DNA of 64,000 bases. It comes from a bacterium. GTDB lineage: Bacteria; Hinthialibacterota; Hinthialibacteria; Hinthialibacterales; Hinthialibacteraceae. The notes under the pieces were generated by a model. The model ran no database searches. It had not been told where the DNA came from and saw only the letters and a list, made by a program, of their open reading frames with translations. Made by a program: the position numbers and the translations under genes. Position 1 is the stretch's first letter. Every line of letters starts with the position of its first letter. The stretch is from assembly GCA_963662285.2 (NCBI GenBank), contig CAXXMV010000003.1, forward strand, positions 1-64,000, in the 5' to 3' direction. Shown here piece after piece: positions 10,053 through 20,147 of this stretch.

Positions 10053-11702
10053 TTATGCAAGTATCGCTTCCAGGTCTTTTTCAGCGGTGGTCACTGGCAT
10101 GATGTTAAAGTTATGAACCAGAACCTGCAGTACCGCTGGAGTTATGAACGCTGGCAGGTTTGGTCCAATGCGGATGTTTTTGATTCCCAGGTGCAGAAGG
10201 CTCAATAGGATGCATATCGCCTTTTGCTCCATCCACGAGAGAATCATTGACAAGGGCAGATCGTTCACGCCACAATCGAAGGCGTTCGCCAAAGCTGAAG
10301 CAACCTTGATGGCTGAGTAGGCGTCGTTGCACTGACCCATATCGAGCAGCCGGGGTATTCCGCCGATGTCGCCGAATTCCAGTTTGTTGAACCGGTACTT
10401 GCCGCACGCCAAGGTCAGGATAACGCAATCATCCGGAACCTGTTGAGCGAAGTCGGTGTAATAACTGCGCGACGCTTCGATTCCGTCGCAACCGCCCACC
10501 AGGAAGAAGCGTTTAATCGCTCCGCTCTTGACGGCTTCGATCACTTTATCCGCCACGCCAAGTACTGCGTTATGACCGAAACCGACCATAATGGTCTGTT
10601 CTTCAGCGTCCTCGGTAAAACCGGGAGCGGCCAGAGCGGCTTCGATTACTGGACCGAAATTTTGATCGGGTACATGAGTAACATCAGGCCAGGCCACTAA
10701 CCCGGTGGTAAAGATGCGGGCTTGATAACCGTCGCGCGGCTTTTGGATGCAGTTGGTCGTCATCAGGATCGCGCCGGGGAAGGCGTCAAATTCCTTTTTC
10801 TGATCCTGCCAGGCGCCGCCGTAATTACCCACCAGGTGTTTGTATTTTTTTAATCTGGGATAGGCCAGAGCTGGCAGCATTTCGCTGTGGGTGTATACGT
10901 TGATTCCTTTGCCTTCAGTCTGTTTGAGCAGTTCTTCCAAATCTTTCAAATCGTGTCCCGAAATCAAAATCGCCTTGCCTTTAACCGGAGTAACGCGAAC
11001 CTTGGTTGGTTCGGGATGCCCATACGCGCCGGTGTTGGCTGTATCGAGCAGTTCCATAACCTTAAGGTTGACTTCACCAACCTTCAAAGCGCATGCGGTC
11101 AGCTCGCCGATATCGGATGGCTCACTGGCCAGATAACTGAGCGCTTCGTGAAAATAAGCGTAGACGCTGGCATCTTCCTGCCCCAGAATCAGCGCATGAT
11201 CAGCATAAGACGCCATACCCTTTAGACCGTATAGAATCAATTCCTGAAGACTGGTGACATCCCTTTTGTGATCGGTAAACCTTTTCTCCAATCCGGCGGC
11301 TTCGCCCTGTTGAATAAGGCCTTCCAGATAGGGAGCAGGCGTCCAGGCGGCGGGACCGGCCAGCGTTTCAGGAGTGCGTCCAGCTTTGCTGCATGCATCC
11401 CGGTACATGCCTTTGGCTTTTTCCCGTAATTCAGCGGCTTTAACGATTAAACCTCCTACGCGCGGGGGATCAAAATTTACATTGGTCACGGTGCTGAAAA
11501 GGGCTTCGACTACGAATACGTCGATTTCACGATCCGTCACGCCCAATTCTCCCGCACGGTGGGCGTACATCGATAAGCCTTTCACCGCATAGGTCAATAA
11601 ATCATGTAAAGCGGCGGTACTTTCGTCTTTACCGCACACTCCAACTTTAACGCATCCAATTCCTTTGGCTGCTTGTTCACACTGAAAGCAGAACATACTC
11701 AT
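10053..11702 (-). CDS. hcp: Hybrid cluster protein (hydroxylamine/NO reductase)
   Basis: MFCFQCEQ...GC...GVCGK N-terminal cluster motif, ISGHDL, YTHSEMLP, GGCDG, LACGKYRF, GQCNDAYS. Confidence 0.97.
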   Translation of the reverse strand: MSMFCFQCEQAAKGIGCVKVGVCGKDESTAALHDLLTYAVKGLSMYAHRAGELGVTDREIDVFVVEALFSTVTNVNFDPPRVGGLIVKAAELREKAKGMYRDACSKAGRTPETLAGPAAWTPAPYLEGLIQQGEAAGLEKRFTDHKRDVTSLQELILYGLKGMASYADHALILGQEDASVYAYFHEALSYLASEPSDIGELTACALKVGEVNLKVMELLDTANTGAYGHPEPTKVRVTPVKGKAILISGHDLKDLEELLKQTEGKGINVYTHSEMLPALAYPRLKKYKHLVGNYGGAWQDQKKEFDAFPGAILMTTNCIQKPRDGYQARIFTTGLVAWPDVTHVPDQNFGPVIEAALAAPGFTEDAEEQTIMVGFGHNAVLGVADKVIEAVKSGAIKRFFLVGGCDGIEASRSYYTDFAQQVPDDCVILTLACGKYRFNKLEFGDIGGIPRLLDMGQCNDAYSAIKVASALANAFDCGVNDLPLSMILSWMEQKAICILLSLLHLGIKNIRIGPNLPAFITPAVLQVLVHNFNIMPVTTAEKDLEAILA

Positions 11703-11704
11703 TT

Positions 11705-12235
11705 TTAATTCTCCTCTTTCTTTTCAATATATAATTTACGAGCGTTTCGTTTGCCTGTTTCTGTTTTAAATATTTTGTTGATGATCATTTCTAGTTTTTC
11801 TCTGGACGCACTGATATACATATCAGTCAAATTCACCAGCCAATCGGCATCCCAAATTATTCTGAATTCCAACGTGTCGATATTTCGTGCGCTGTGATGG
11901 TTGGCTATTATCCGGCAGATGTGATTGATATCCGGTTCTGTGATGCCATGCTCCATCATCATGCGTCTGGCTATCGGGGGACCTTCGATCTCCTGGTATT
12001 TACCAGCGGATGATCCATGTTTGCGTTCGGCTTCGTGGATGCCGATATCGTGCAGAATCGCCGCCGATTCGACCACCAATTCCGATCCGCCTTCTTCGGC
12101 GCGAATCTGCTGCGCATGATTAAAGACTTCAAGCGCATGATCTATCCGTCGCTGGTCGTCTCCAAATAAGTTCTTCATATCTTCAATCAAACGGTCTCGA
12201 ATGGCGACGTTATCCAACACTTTTTTTTTCTCCAA
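11705..12235 (-). CDS. HD-domain metal-dependent phosphohydrolase
   Basis: H...LHDIG...HH...DAD pattern; ends 2 bp before hcp start. Confidence 0.85.
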   Translation of the reverse strand: MEKKKVLDNVAIRDRLIEDMKNLFGDDQRRIDHALEVFNHAQQIRAEEGGSELVVESAAILHDIGIHEAERKHGSSAGKYQEIEGPPIARRMMMEHGITEPDINHICRIIANHHSARNIDTLEFRIIWDADWLVNLTDMYISASREKLEMIINKIFKTETGKRNARKLYIEKKEEN

Positions 12236-12242
12236 AATCCCT

Positions 12243-12278
12243 CTCCCCCAAGTTTGGGGGAGAATTAAAGAGGGGGTT
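12243..12278. repeat. Palindromic intergenic repeat, family E (CCCCCAAGTTTGGGGG)
   Basis: Related copies at 29317-29450, 49611-49700 and inverted at 57111-57189. Confidence 0.75.
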
Positions 12279-12342
12279 GTTTCCTAAAACTGTAAATTTT
12301 TCAATTTACTTTTTAATTATCACCGAACTGCTGCGTCTTGAT

Positions 12343-13131
12343 TTACACCGCTATGCTCTCTGTCTGGCAAATCGATCCATGGATGCTGATTTTGATCAAT
12401 TCCAGAGGGATGCTTTTGCCCGACCGCTCCAAAGCAGTCTTCACAGCATTCACCAAACCGAAGCAGCAGGGCACTTCCATATAAGCCACCTCTATAGATT
12501 CTATTTGATTCTGTTGAAAGATTTGAGTTAGTTTCTCTAAATAGAATTGGTTGTCATCTAATTTGGGGCATCCGATCAAAAGTTTACGGCCTGCCAGTAA
12601 GCGCTGGTGAAAATCTGGATACGCGAAAGGAACGCAATCAGCGGCGATGGATAACCTGGCGCCGTGGAAAAACGGGGCGCTCACTGGAACCAGATGCAGT
12701 TGGATGGGCCATTGAGTCAACTCTGATGGAGTCTCACCAGCCGTAGCTGGAGATTTTGGACGATTAGGATTTTGAAATTGCCTTAACATGGTTCCGGGAC
12801 AGCCTGAACCGGCTGCCGGGGCGATTTTCGCCATAGGCAGCGATGGAGAAACGGCTGGCTTCTTTTGTTGCAGGGCCGCGACTCTCTGTTGCACAGCCTC
12901 TTCATCGAAATCGTCGCTTTCACGTTGTTCGATGCTCAAAGCGCCAGTGGGGCATTCGCCGATGCAGGCGCCCAAACCGTCGCAGTAGACGTCGCTTACC
13001 AGTTTGGCCTTGCCGTTGATAATCTGAAGGGCGCCTTCAGCACAACTGGTGATGCAATCACCGCAACCATTACATAATTCTTCATCTATATTGATAATAT
13101 TTCGAATAACCATGACCTTATCCTCCGTCAA
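12343..13131 (-). CDS. 4Fe-4S dicluster protein of the type found beside hcp
   Basis: CNGCGDCITSC and CDGLGACIGECP motifs plus WPIQL, ADC, GCPKLD, MEVPCC domain. Confidence 0.88.
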   Translation of the reverse strand: MTEDKVMVIRNIINIDEELCNGCGDCITSCAEGALQIINGKAKLVSDVYCDGLGACIGECPTGALSIEQRESDDFDEEAVQQRVAALQQKKPAVSPSLPMAKIAPAAGSGCPGTMLRQFQNPNRPKSPATAGETPSELTQWPIQLHLVPVSAPFFHGARLSIAADCVPFAYPDFHQRLLAGRKLLIGCPKLDDNQFYLEKLTQIFQQNQIESIEVAYMEVPCCFGLVNAVKTALERSGKSIPLELIKISIHGSICQTESIAV

Positions 13132-13189
13132 ATTTCTCCGCTTGATTACCTTATGATATACAATTTATCCGGTAATGCGGATTCATACT

Positions 13190-13203
13190 TTGACTTAAGT
13201 CAA
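13190..13203. promoter_or_regulatory. Crp/Fnr-type (HcpR) operator candidate
   Basis: Perfect palindrome TTGACTTAAGTCAA (TTGA-N6-TCAA) about 60 bp upstream of the ferredoxin-HD-hcp operon. Confidence 0.7.
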
Positions 13204-13310
13204 TTAGAGGATATTTTTTTTGAAATATTTTATTGGTTAACCAGGTTCCATCATATTTAGCTGGTTTTGTGAGGTGAAAAAGGGGGTTATGTTAAACCGG
13301 AAGTGGCAGC

Positions 13311-13567
13311 ATCAAGGGCTGACCGCATTGCGGTCTTGCCCTTGCCACCCGTCACTATCACTAATGCGGGTGCCAAGGGCAGCGTCCTTTCTGCCCTTGA
13401 CTGAAAACCTTGGAAAAACAAAAAGAACCTTGATTCTTTAATAATCCAATTACAAGCACAAAAAATTGAATTTGATTCTATCTTCAACGTGGATTGTTGA
13501 TAACAACTATGGAAATAAATGAGGTGAACTCAATCAAGGGCAGAAAATACACTGCCCTTGCCACCCG
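13311..13567. repeat. Cluster of three palindromic repeats, family D (TCAAGGGC...GCCCTTG)
   Basis: Copies at 13311-13351, 13367-13400, 13533-13567; the 34-bp core of the first is identical to 21938-21971; another inverted copy at 26113-26151. Confidence 0.85.
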
Positions 13568-13627
13568 ATATTATCTTATCTTTAGATGTTAGATTCATCA
13601 AAGAATCTCCATGCCAGTGGAGGAAAA

Positions 13628-14332
13628 TCACAATTTCTCACCCTCAGCCAGGGATTGAAGCCCTTCGAAATCCAGGATGGTTATATGTTTGCCTTTGACG
13701 TTGATTAGATTGTTCTTCTGCATGCGGGTCAGGGTGCGGCTCAGGGTTTCGGCGATGGTGCCGATTCGGCTGGCGATCATGGCTTTGGTGGTCTCGAACT
13801 GGATGTCCGGTTTGCCGCCCTGACGTTTGGATAGATTGAGAATATATTTGGCCAGTCGGGCGGAGACTTCTTTCAGGGAAAGATCATCGACCAGATTAAC
13901 GAAATGCCTCAGTCGAAGCGACATCACCGCCAGCATATTAAGCAGCAGGTCGGGCTGACGGCGTCCCAGGCCGAGGAAATCTTCGCGCGAAATAAACAAG
14001 GTTTTCAGGTCGCTAAACGCTTCAGCGGCCGCCGGATAATTCATTCCCTTAAAAACCGCCGCTTCGCCGCAGGTGGCGCCCGCCGACAAGACATGGAGCA
14101 CCTGCTCCCGGCCATCCGGTCCATAGCGGCTTACTTTGATCTCGCCTTCCAGGATGATATAAAACCCTTCGACGGATTCGTTTTGCAGGAAAATAATTTC
14201 TCCCGCATGGTATGACCGCGTCTTTGTCATTTCTGAAAGTGAAACCAACACTGGCGAAGGCAAATCGGCGAACAGAGGGCATTGCTTAAGCCGCCGGGCG
14301 CGTTCTTCCGCCGATAAGCGAATAGATTTCAT
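13628..14332 (-). CDS. Crp/Fnr family regulator, HcpR-like
   Basis: cNMP-binding fold (ILEGEIKVSRYGPDGREQVL), C-terminal HTH IASRIGTIAETLSRTL; adjacent to the hcp operon. Confidence 0.9.
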   Translation of the reverse strand: MKSIRLSAEERARRLKQCPLFADLPSPVLVSLSEMTKTRSYHAGEIIFLQNESVEGFYIILEGEIKVSRYGPDGREQVLHVLSAGATCGEAAVFKGMNYPAAAEAFSDLKTLFISREDFLGLGRRQPDLLLNMLAVMSLRLRHFVNLVDDLSLKEVSARLAKYILNLSKRQGGKPDIQFETTKAMIASRIGTIAETLSRTLTRMQKNNLINVKGKHITILDFEGLQSLAEGEKL

Positions 14333-14510
14333 AGTAATCGCATTCTCCTGTTCACACAGGATAACACGCTTGCCCCATTCAGCAATCGGGATTATCTATT
14401 CCATCACCCCGGTATAAGTTTCATTTTACTCTTGGCGTACGCATCATGATTTTTCGCTGAGGGAAAATGGATGTCCCTTGATACCATAATAAATCCCCAC
14501 CCCAATCCGG

Positions 14511-14539
14511 TTGACAAATACGGCTTATATTAATATCGT
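14511..14539 (+). promoter_or_regulatory. Sigma70-like promoter upstream of the met operon
   Basis: TTGACA-N17-TATCGT. Confidence 0.5.
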
Positions 14540-14703
14540 TAATTCCTTGACTACTAGCTTTATCATCAGCTATACCATCATGCAATTTTCACAGGCTTGC
14601 TTCAAATCTGATCCCTTTTTATGTTAATCTCGAACGCTATTGTCTACCTATAAGATATATAATATAAAGAATCGCATTCATTATAAATAGAGGAGTTCAA
14701 ACA

Positions 14704-16005
14704 ATGGTCGATAGCCCACTGAATTTCGAAAGTCTGGCTTTACATGCAGGGCATACGCCCGATTCCGCGACCAACTCACGCGCCGTCCCGATTTACCAGA
14801 CGACTTCTTATGTCTTCGACAGCCCGGAACATGCAGCCAACCTATTTGCGCTCAAAGAGTTAGGCAACATATACACCCGCATCATGAACCCGACTACCGA
14901 GGTGCTCGAAAAACGCCTGGCGGCTTTAGAAGGCGGCTCAGCAGCTCTGGCGGTAAGTTCGGGACAGGCGGCCTGCACTCTTAGTATCATGAATGTGGCA
15001 GAACACGGCGATGAGATAGTCTCGTCCGGCAGCCTGTATGGCGGAACCTACAACCTGTTCCACTACACTCTTCCCAAAATGGGTATCAACGTTAAATTCG
15101 TCGATCCTGAAAACATTGATAATTTCAAAAAGGCCATCACCCCCAAAACCAAGGCCATTTACTCAGAAACAGTGGGCAATCCCAAACTGAATACGCTCGA
15201 TATCCAGGCCGTAGCCGATGTGGCGCATGAGAACAAAATCCCACTGATTATCGATAGCACGGTCTGCACGCCATACCTGGTTCGCCCTATGGATCATGGC
15301 GCTGATATAGTCATGCATTCCACCACCAAATTCATCGGGGGACACGGCACCTCCATCGGCGGCATTATGATTGATTCGGGCAAGTTCGACTGGGGTTCAG
15401 GAAAATTCCCCAATTTCACCGAACCCGATCCCAGTTATCATGGCCTCAAAATCTGGGAAACTTTCCAGGACTTCGCGGGAATAGGTAACGTAGCCTTCGC
15501 CTTCAAAGCGCGTCTGCAATTACTGCGCGATATCGGTCCGGCCATGGCGCCATTCAACGCCTTCCTCTTCCTGCAGGGGCTGGAGACGCTGCATCTGCGT
15601 ATGGAACGCCATAGCCAAAACGCCATGAAAGTGGCTGAGTTTCTTAAGGATCATCCAAAAGTCAGCTGGGTCAATTATCCAGGATTGCCGGATCACGCCT
15701 CTTATGAAACCGCTAAGAAATATCACTACCGTGGATTATTCGGCGCTTTAATGGGTTTCGGAGTCAAAGGCGGAGCGGAAGCGGGTAAGAAAATAATCGA
15801 AAACATCAAACTGTTCTCGCATCTGGCTAACATAGGCGACGCCAAATCGCTTATTATCCATCCGGCCAGCACCACTCATCAGCAACTTACCGAAGAGGAG
15901 CAAATAGCGGCTGGAGTCACCCCTGATTTCGTAAGGCTTTCCATCGGTCTGGAAAACATTGATGACATAATAGGAGACTTGGATCAAGCATTATCTAAAA
16001 CATAA
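14704..16005 (+). CDS. metY: O-acetylhomoserine aminocarboxypropyltransferase (sulfhydrylase)
   Basis: [31 protein letters not shown]-lysine motif, [18 protein letters not shown]. Confidence 0.93.
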   Translation: MVDSPLNFESLALHAGHTPDSATNSRAVPIYQTTSYVFDSPEHAANLFALKELGNIYTRIMNPTTEVLEKRLAALEGGSAALAVSSGQAACTLSIMNVAEHGDEIVSSGSLYGGTYNLFHYTLPKMGINVKFVDPENIDNFKKAITPKTKAIYSETVGNPKLNTLDIQAVADVAHENKIPLIIDSTVCTPYLVRPMDHGADIVMHSTTKFIGGHGTSIGGIMIDSGKFDWGSGKFPNFTEPDPSYHGLKIWETFQDFAGIGNVAFAFKARLQLLRDIGPAMAPFNAFLFLQGLETLHLRMERHSQNAMKVAEFLKDHPKVSWVNYPGLPDHASYETAKKYHYRGLFGALMGFGVKGGAEAGKKIIENIKLFSHLANIGDAKSLIIHPASTTHQQLTEEEQIAAGVTPDFVRLSIGLENIDDIIGDLDQALSKT

Positions 16006-16041
16006 GGTATAATTATCTAATACAACATTAATGCAAGGATA

Positions 16042-17211
16042 TTGGTAATGTCAGATATTGATCCGAATAATTCCGTCGGTATTGTTACCGAACAATATAT
16101 TACTATTTTCGCTCCACCAAACGAACTGTTGCTTGATAGCGGCCGGAGGCTGGGGCCTATTACTCTGGCTTATGAGACTTACGGTGAATTAAACCAGAAC
16201 AAAGATAACGCAATTCTGCTGTTGCATGCTTTATCCGGCGACCATCACGCCGCCGGATATTACTCCAGCGATGATCGAAAACCGGGCTGGTGGGATAACT
16301 ACATCGGTCCCGGTAAAGCTTTTGATACCAATAAATATTGTATTATCTGCTCCAACTGCATAGCTGGATGCCGGGGATCCACCGGACCGGCATCCATCAA
16401 TCCAGAGACCCAAAAACCGTATGGATTGACCTTTCCATTCATAACAATCCGCGACATGGTCAGAGCGCAAAAAGGCCTGATCGATCACCTGGGCATCAAA
16501 AAACTGCTCTCCGTGGCAGGCGGTTCGATGGGCGGTATGCAGGCTTTGGAATGGGCTAAAACCTATCCCGATCACATATCCTCCGCCATTCCCATAGCGA
16601 CCACCGCCAATCATTCCGCCCAGAACATCGCGCTCAACGAAGTGGCGCGGCAATCTATAGTAGCCGACCCTAATTGGAAAAATGGCGACTACTATGAGTC
16701 CGAACCACCCGCCCGCGGTTTGGCCGTGGCGCGTATGGTGGGGCACATAAGTTATCTCAGCGACAAGGCCATGCACGAAAAATTCGGACGGCGTCTGCAA
16801 GACCGCGACGATGTAAGTTTCGACCTGATGACCGATTTTCAGGTCGAAAGCTACCTGCAATATCAGGGCGACTCTTTCTCGAAACGATTCGACGCCAATA
16901 GCCTGCTTTATCTTTCCAAAGCGCTTGATTACTACAATCTGGCCGAGGGACATGCATCCTTGAAGGATGCCTTAAGGCATGTAAAAGCCAGGTTTTTGGT
17001 ATTATCATTCAGCAGCGACTGGTTGTATCCACCCTATCAGTCGCGCGAGTTCGTCTCTGCATTGAAGCAGAATGCGGTTCCGGTAAGCTATTGTGAAATC
17101 AAATCAGACTATGGACACGATTCATTTCTGATCGACAACCCGCATCAAATGCGCCTGATCCAGGATTTCCTGGGCCACATATTTGAGGAAGTGAAATCGA
17201 ATGCCGCTTGA
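16042..17211 (+). CDS. metX: Homoserine O-acetyltransferase
   Basis: HALSGD, GGSMGG nucleophile elbow, RFDANS, SSDWLYP, GHDSFL. Confidence 0.95.
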   Translation: MVMSDIDPNNSVGIVTEQYITIFAPPNELLLDSGRRLGPITLAYETYGELNQNKDNAILLLHALSGDHHAAGYYSSDDRKPGWWDNYIGPGKAFDTNKYCIICSNCIAGCRGSTGPASINPETQKPYGLTFPFITIRDMVRAQKGLIDHLGIKKLLSVAGGSMGGMQALEWAKTYPDHISSAIPIATTANHSAQNIALNEVARQSIVADPNWKNGDYYESEPPARGLAVARMVGHISYLSDKAMHEKFGRRLQDRDDVSFDLMTDFQVESYLQYQGDSFSKRFDANSLLYLSKALDYYNLAEGHASLKDALRHVKARFLVLSFSSDWLYPPYQSREFVSALKQNAVPVSYCEIKSDYGHDSFLIDNPHQMRLIQDFLGHIFEEVKSNAA

Positions 17212-17806
17212 AAACCATACATCATTGTCTAGTCATCGTTATGAATTTGACGTAATTTGTGAAATCATTGAAGAAAAAAGCCGCGTTCTCGATCTGGGTT
17301 GCGATGAGGGCGATCTGCTCAATCTTCTGAAAGAAAAACGCAATATAAAAGGCTCTGGCGTGGAAGTGGCTGAAGAGAAGGTATATCACTGCATCAGCAA
17401 AGGGCTTTCCGTACACCACGGTGATATTGATCAGGGACTGGCCGATTTCCCCGATAAATCATTCGATTACGTAATCCTCAGCGAAACCCTTCAGGAAGTG
17501 CGTAATCCGGTTCTGGTTTTCAAAGAGATACTTCGCGTAGGACGTAAGTGTATCGTCAGTTTCCCAAATTTCGGGCATTGGACATCCAGATGGCAACTGC
17601 TGCTAGGCCGCACTCCTATAACCTCCAAGTTGCCCTACTATTGGTATGAAGGACCCAACATCAAGTTCCTCACCATCTACGACTTTATCTATTTCTGCAA
17701 TGTAATGAACTATACGCTGGTTCACCAGTTCTATCTCCGCAACGGGAAAAGAATTTCGTTGTTACCCAACCTGATGGCCGACACCGCGCTATTCGTTATC
17801 AAATAA
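17201..17806 (+). CDS. metW: Methionine biosynthesis protein MetW
   Basis: VLDLGC SAM motif, [15 protein letters not shown]; overlaps the metX stop. Confidence 0.9.
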   Translation: MPLENHTSLSSHRYEFDVICEIIEEKSRVLDLGCDEGDLLNLLKEKRNIKGSGVEVAEEKVYHCISKGLSVHHGDIDQGLADFPDKSFDYVILSETLQEVRNPVLVFKEILRVGRKCIVSFPNFGHWTSRWQLLLGRTPITSKLPYYWYEGPNIKFLTIYDFIYFCNVMNYTLVHQFYLRNGKRISLLPNLMADTALFVIK

Positions 17807-17950
17807 AGACTATCATTATTCCCATACGGGCGCCCTTAGAGGTGGATGTTTGATGGGTCGATGAGACAGACCTGCAACCCCCGCTATATAAATTTATATT
17901 TCAATATGGATATGCTTGACAAGTAATGCTAATATGTCTTTAGTTATACG

Positions 17951-17963
17951 GTGGCTTAGCCAC
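17951..17963. promoter_or_regulatory. Candidate GntR operator
   Basis: GTGGCT-T-AGCCAC inverted repeat between a TTGACA (17916-17921) and the gntR start. Confidence 0.4.
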
Positions 17964-17990
17964 TGAAGATGATTCATTGAGGCGTTAATT

Positions 17991-18761
17991 GTGAGCGAAC
18001 TTGTCCGTAGTCCCTTGTATCAGCAACTGAATAAATCACTACGCCAATTGATCAACCAGGATCAATTTCAAGTCGGCGATCAATTTTTCACTGAACGGCA
18101 GGTCTGTGAAAAATATGATGTAAGCCGTGCGACGGCCAATAAAGCTTTATCCACCCTGGTTGCTGAAGGTCTGTTGGAATTCAAAAAAGGCATCGGAACC
18201 TTCGTTAAAAGCGGCGTTCTGGATTACGATCTGCAAGCCTTGGTCAGTTTCACCGACAAAGCCTGCACCGCCGGGATGAAGCCTTCAACTGAAGTGTTAA
18301 CCTTCAAGAAAGTTAAAGCCGGATCGGTTGATGAAGTCGTTAGAAAATCCCTACGCCCGCAAGACGATGACATGCTTTTTTATATTGAGCGCTTGAGAAT
18401 GGCGGATAGACATCCTGTAATATTAGAAAAGCGTTTTATATCTGCAAAATACTGCCTTGGATGCAATAAAAGTAATTTCAAAGGTTCTCTATATGCTTTG
18501 TGGACAAAAACCTTCAATTTGAAAATCGATGGCGCCGATCAGACCATCCGGGCGATTATTATTGATGGCGCCGATGCGAAACTATTGCAGTCTGCTAAAA
18601 ATGCAGCGGGATTTCTGGTTCAATCAACCGGCTTTCTGGATGATGGCAGTCCGTTGTGGTTTGAAAGAACGCTTTATCGCGGCGATGCTTATGAATTTCA
18701 TAACCGCCTGGGAGGCATTAAAGTCGCCCGTCCGGCGGCGGGAATTTTACTTGATAGATAG
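17991..18761 (+). CDS. GntR/HutC family regulator with UTRA domain
   Basis: PLYQQL...TERQVCEKYDVSRATANKAL...GIGTFV wHTH; C-terminal UTRA (YRGDAYEF). Confidence 0.92.
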   Translation: MSELVRSPLYQQLNKSLRQLINQDQFQVGDQFFTERQVCEKYDVSRATANKALSTLVAEGLLEFKKGIGTFVKSGVLDYDLQALVSFTDKACTAGMKPSTEVLTFKKVKAGSVDEVVRKSLRPQDDDMLFYIERLRMADRHPVILEKRFISAKYCLGCNKSNFKGSLYALWTKTFNLKIDGADQTIRAIIIDGADAKLLQSAKNAAGFLVQSTGFLDDGSPLWFERTLYRGDAYEFHNRLGGIKVARPAAGILLDR

Positions 18762-18798
18762 AAGAATACCGTAATAAAGATAATGGAGGTTAGGATCA

Positions 18799-19950
18799 AT
18801 GTCAAATTACGATATCGGCGCAGCGATTGTCGGCGCTGGATTTATCGGGCCGGTGCATCTGGAAGCGCTTCGTAGAATAGGCGTCAAAATCACCGGGATT
18901 CTGGGGTGCGATGAACGCGAATCAAAGTCAGCCCAAGAGATGTTTGGCTTGCCCAAAGCATATAAGAGTTTTGATGAAGTCCTGTCGGATACTGATGCGC
19001 AAAGCGTTCATTTAGCCGTTCCGAATGCGCTGCATTATGAGTTTTCCACCAAGGCCTTAAATGCCGGAAAGCATGTGATGTGCGAGAAGCCTTTGGCGAT
19101 GAACTCAAAGGAGACATCCGATTTAGTTGCGTTGGCGGGATCAAAATCACTGGCGGCAGGGGTATGCTACAACGTGCGTTATTATCCATTGAACCTTCAG
19201 GCCCGGCAGATGGTTCAAGATGGTGATGTCGGCGACCTGTTCCACATCAATGGCAGTTATCTGCAGGACTGGCTGTTTCACGATACGGATTATAACTGGC
19301 GCGTTTTGGCCGATCAGGGCGGCGCGTTACGGGCGGTCGCTGATATAGGAACGCATTGGATGGACCTGATTTATTCCATTACCGGTCTGGAGATTAATGC
19401 TGTATTCGCCGACCTCAATACAATCCATAAAACCAGAAAACGCCCCAAAGGTGAAGTCGAGACTTTCACTGGGAAACCACAATCCGAAATGGAGACGGAA
19501 GAGATTCCAATCTCAACCGAAGATTATGGATGCATCATGTTCCGCTTCACCAATGGCGCCAGCGGCAGCCTCTATGTTTCTCAAGTAGCTGCCGGACGCA
19601 AAAACTGCATCCGCTATGAAATCGCTGGCTCTAAATGCGCTCTGGGGTGGAATAGCGAATCACCCAACGAGATGTGGATCGGAAACCGTGATAGTCCTAA
19701 TCAAAACCTGATTCGCAATCCGGCGTTAATGGCCGACGCGCCCCGGCAGTTTACCAATTATCCGGCTGGTCATAACGAGGGCTTCCCCGATACATTCAAA
19801 CAGTGCTTCCGCTCTTTTTATGATTACATCCAAAAAGGCGATTACAGCGTAGCGCCGCTTTTCCCCACCTTTAAGGCTGGTCACCGCGAGGTTGTATTGT
19901 GTGAAGCAATATTGAAAAGCAACCTGGAAGAAAAATGGATCACTTTATAA
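18799..19950 (+). CDS. Gfo/Idh/MocA family oxidoreductase
   Basis: VGAGFIG, GKHVMCEKPLA, YLQDWL, DIGTHWMD. Confidence 0.92.
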   Translation: MSNYDIGAAIVGAGFIGPVHLEALRRIGVKITGILGCDERESKSAQEMFGLPKAYKSFDEVLSDTDAQSVHLAVPNALHYEFSTKALNAGKHVMCEKPLAMNSKETSDLVALAGSKSLAAGVCYNVRYYPLNLQARQMVQDGDVGDLFHINGSYLQDWLFHDTDYNWRVLADQGGALRAVADIGTHWMDLIYSITGLEINAVFADLNTIHKTRKRPKGEVETFTGKPQSEMETEEIPISTEDYGCIMFRFTNGASGSLYVSQVAAGRKNCIRYEIAGSKCALGWNSESPNEMWIGNRDSPNQNLIRNPALMADAPRQFTNYPAGHNEGFPDTFKQCFRSFYDYIQKGDYSVAPLFPTFKAGHREVVLCEAILKSNLEEKWITL

Positions 19951-20026
19951 AAGTACAATATCTTTGGAAAGCGAAATTGCAGGAATGTATTCGGAGTTGG
20001 TTCTATGAGAGTTTTGATAAAACCTG

Positions 20027-20055
20027 TTGACTTAGCAAATTATTTAAGATATATT
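20027..20055 (+). promoter_or_regulatory. Sigma70-like promoter of the abi cassette
   Basis: TTGACT-N17-TATATT. Confidence 0.7.
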
Positions 20056-20060
20056 CCAGT

Positions 20061-20117
20061 TAGCATACCCGCCGAGCCTCTGCCTAGCATGCTTAATTCC
20101 GGTGGGTTTTTCTTTTT
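20061..20117 (+). ncRNA. Candidate abiF-type leader / antitoxin RNA ending in a terminator
   Basis: ACCCGCCG (20067-20074) pairs with CGGTGGGT (20100-20107), enclosing a 25-nt loop and followed by a U-rich tail; lies between the promoter and the Abi gene. Confidence 0.6.
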
Positions 20118-20147
20118 AAGGTTTTTCTTTTTAAAAGGAGCGGCGAT

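Noticed and set aside
13287-13487. 66-aa ORF between hcpR and the ferredoxin gene
   Set aside because: Composed largely of family D repeats
14340-14700. SAM riboswitch or T-box ahead of metY-metX-metW
   Set aside because: No recognisable SAM-I/II core or T-box motif by eye; an Rfam scan would be needed to exclude it fully
16231-16953. 240-aa antisense ORF inside metX, and similar shadow ORFs elsewhere
   Set aside because: Fully antisense to well-supported genes, no motifs
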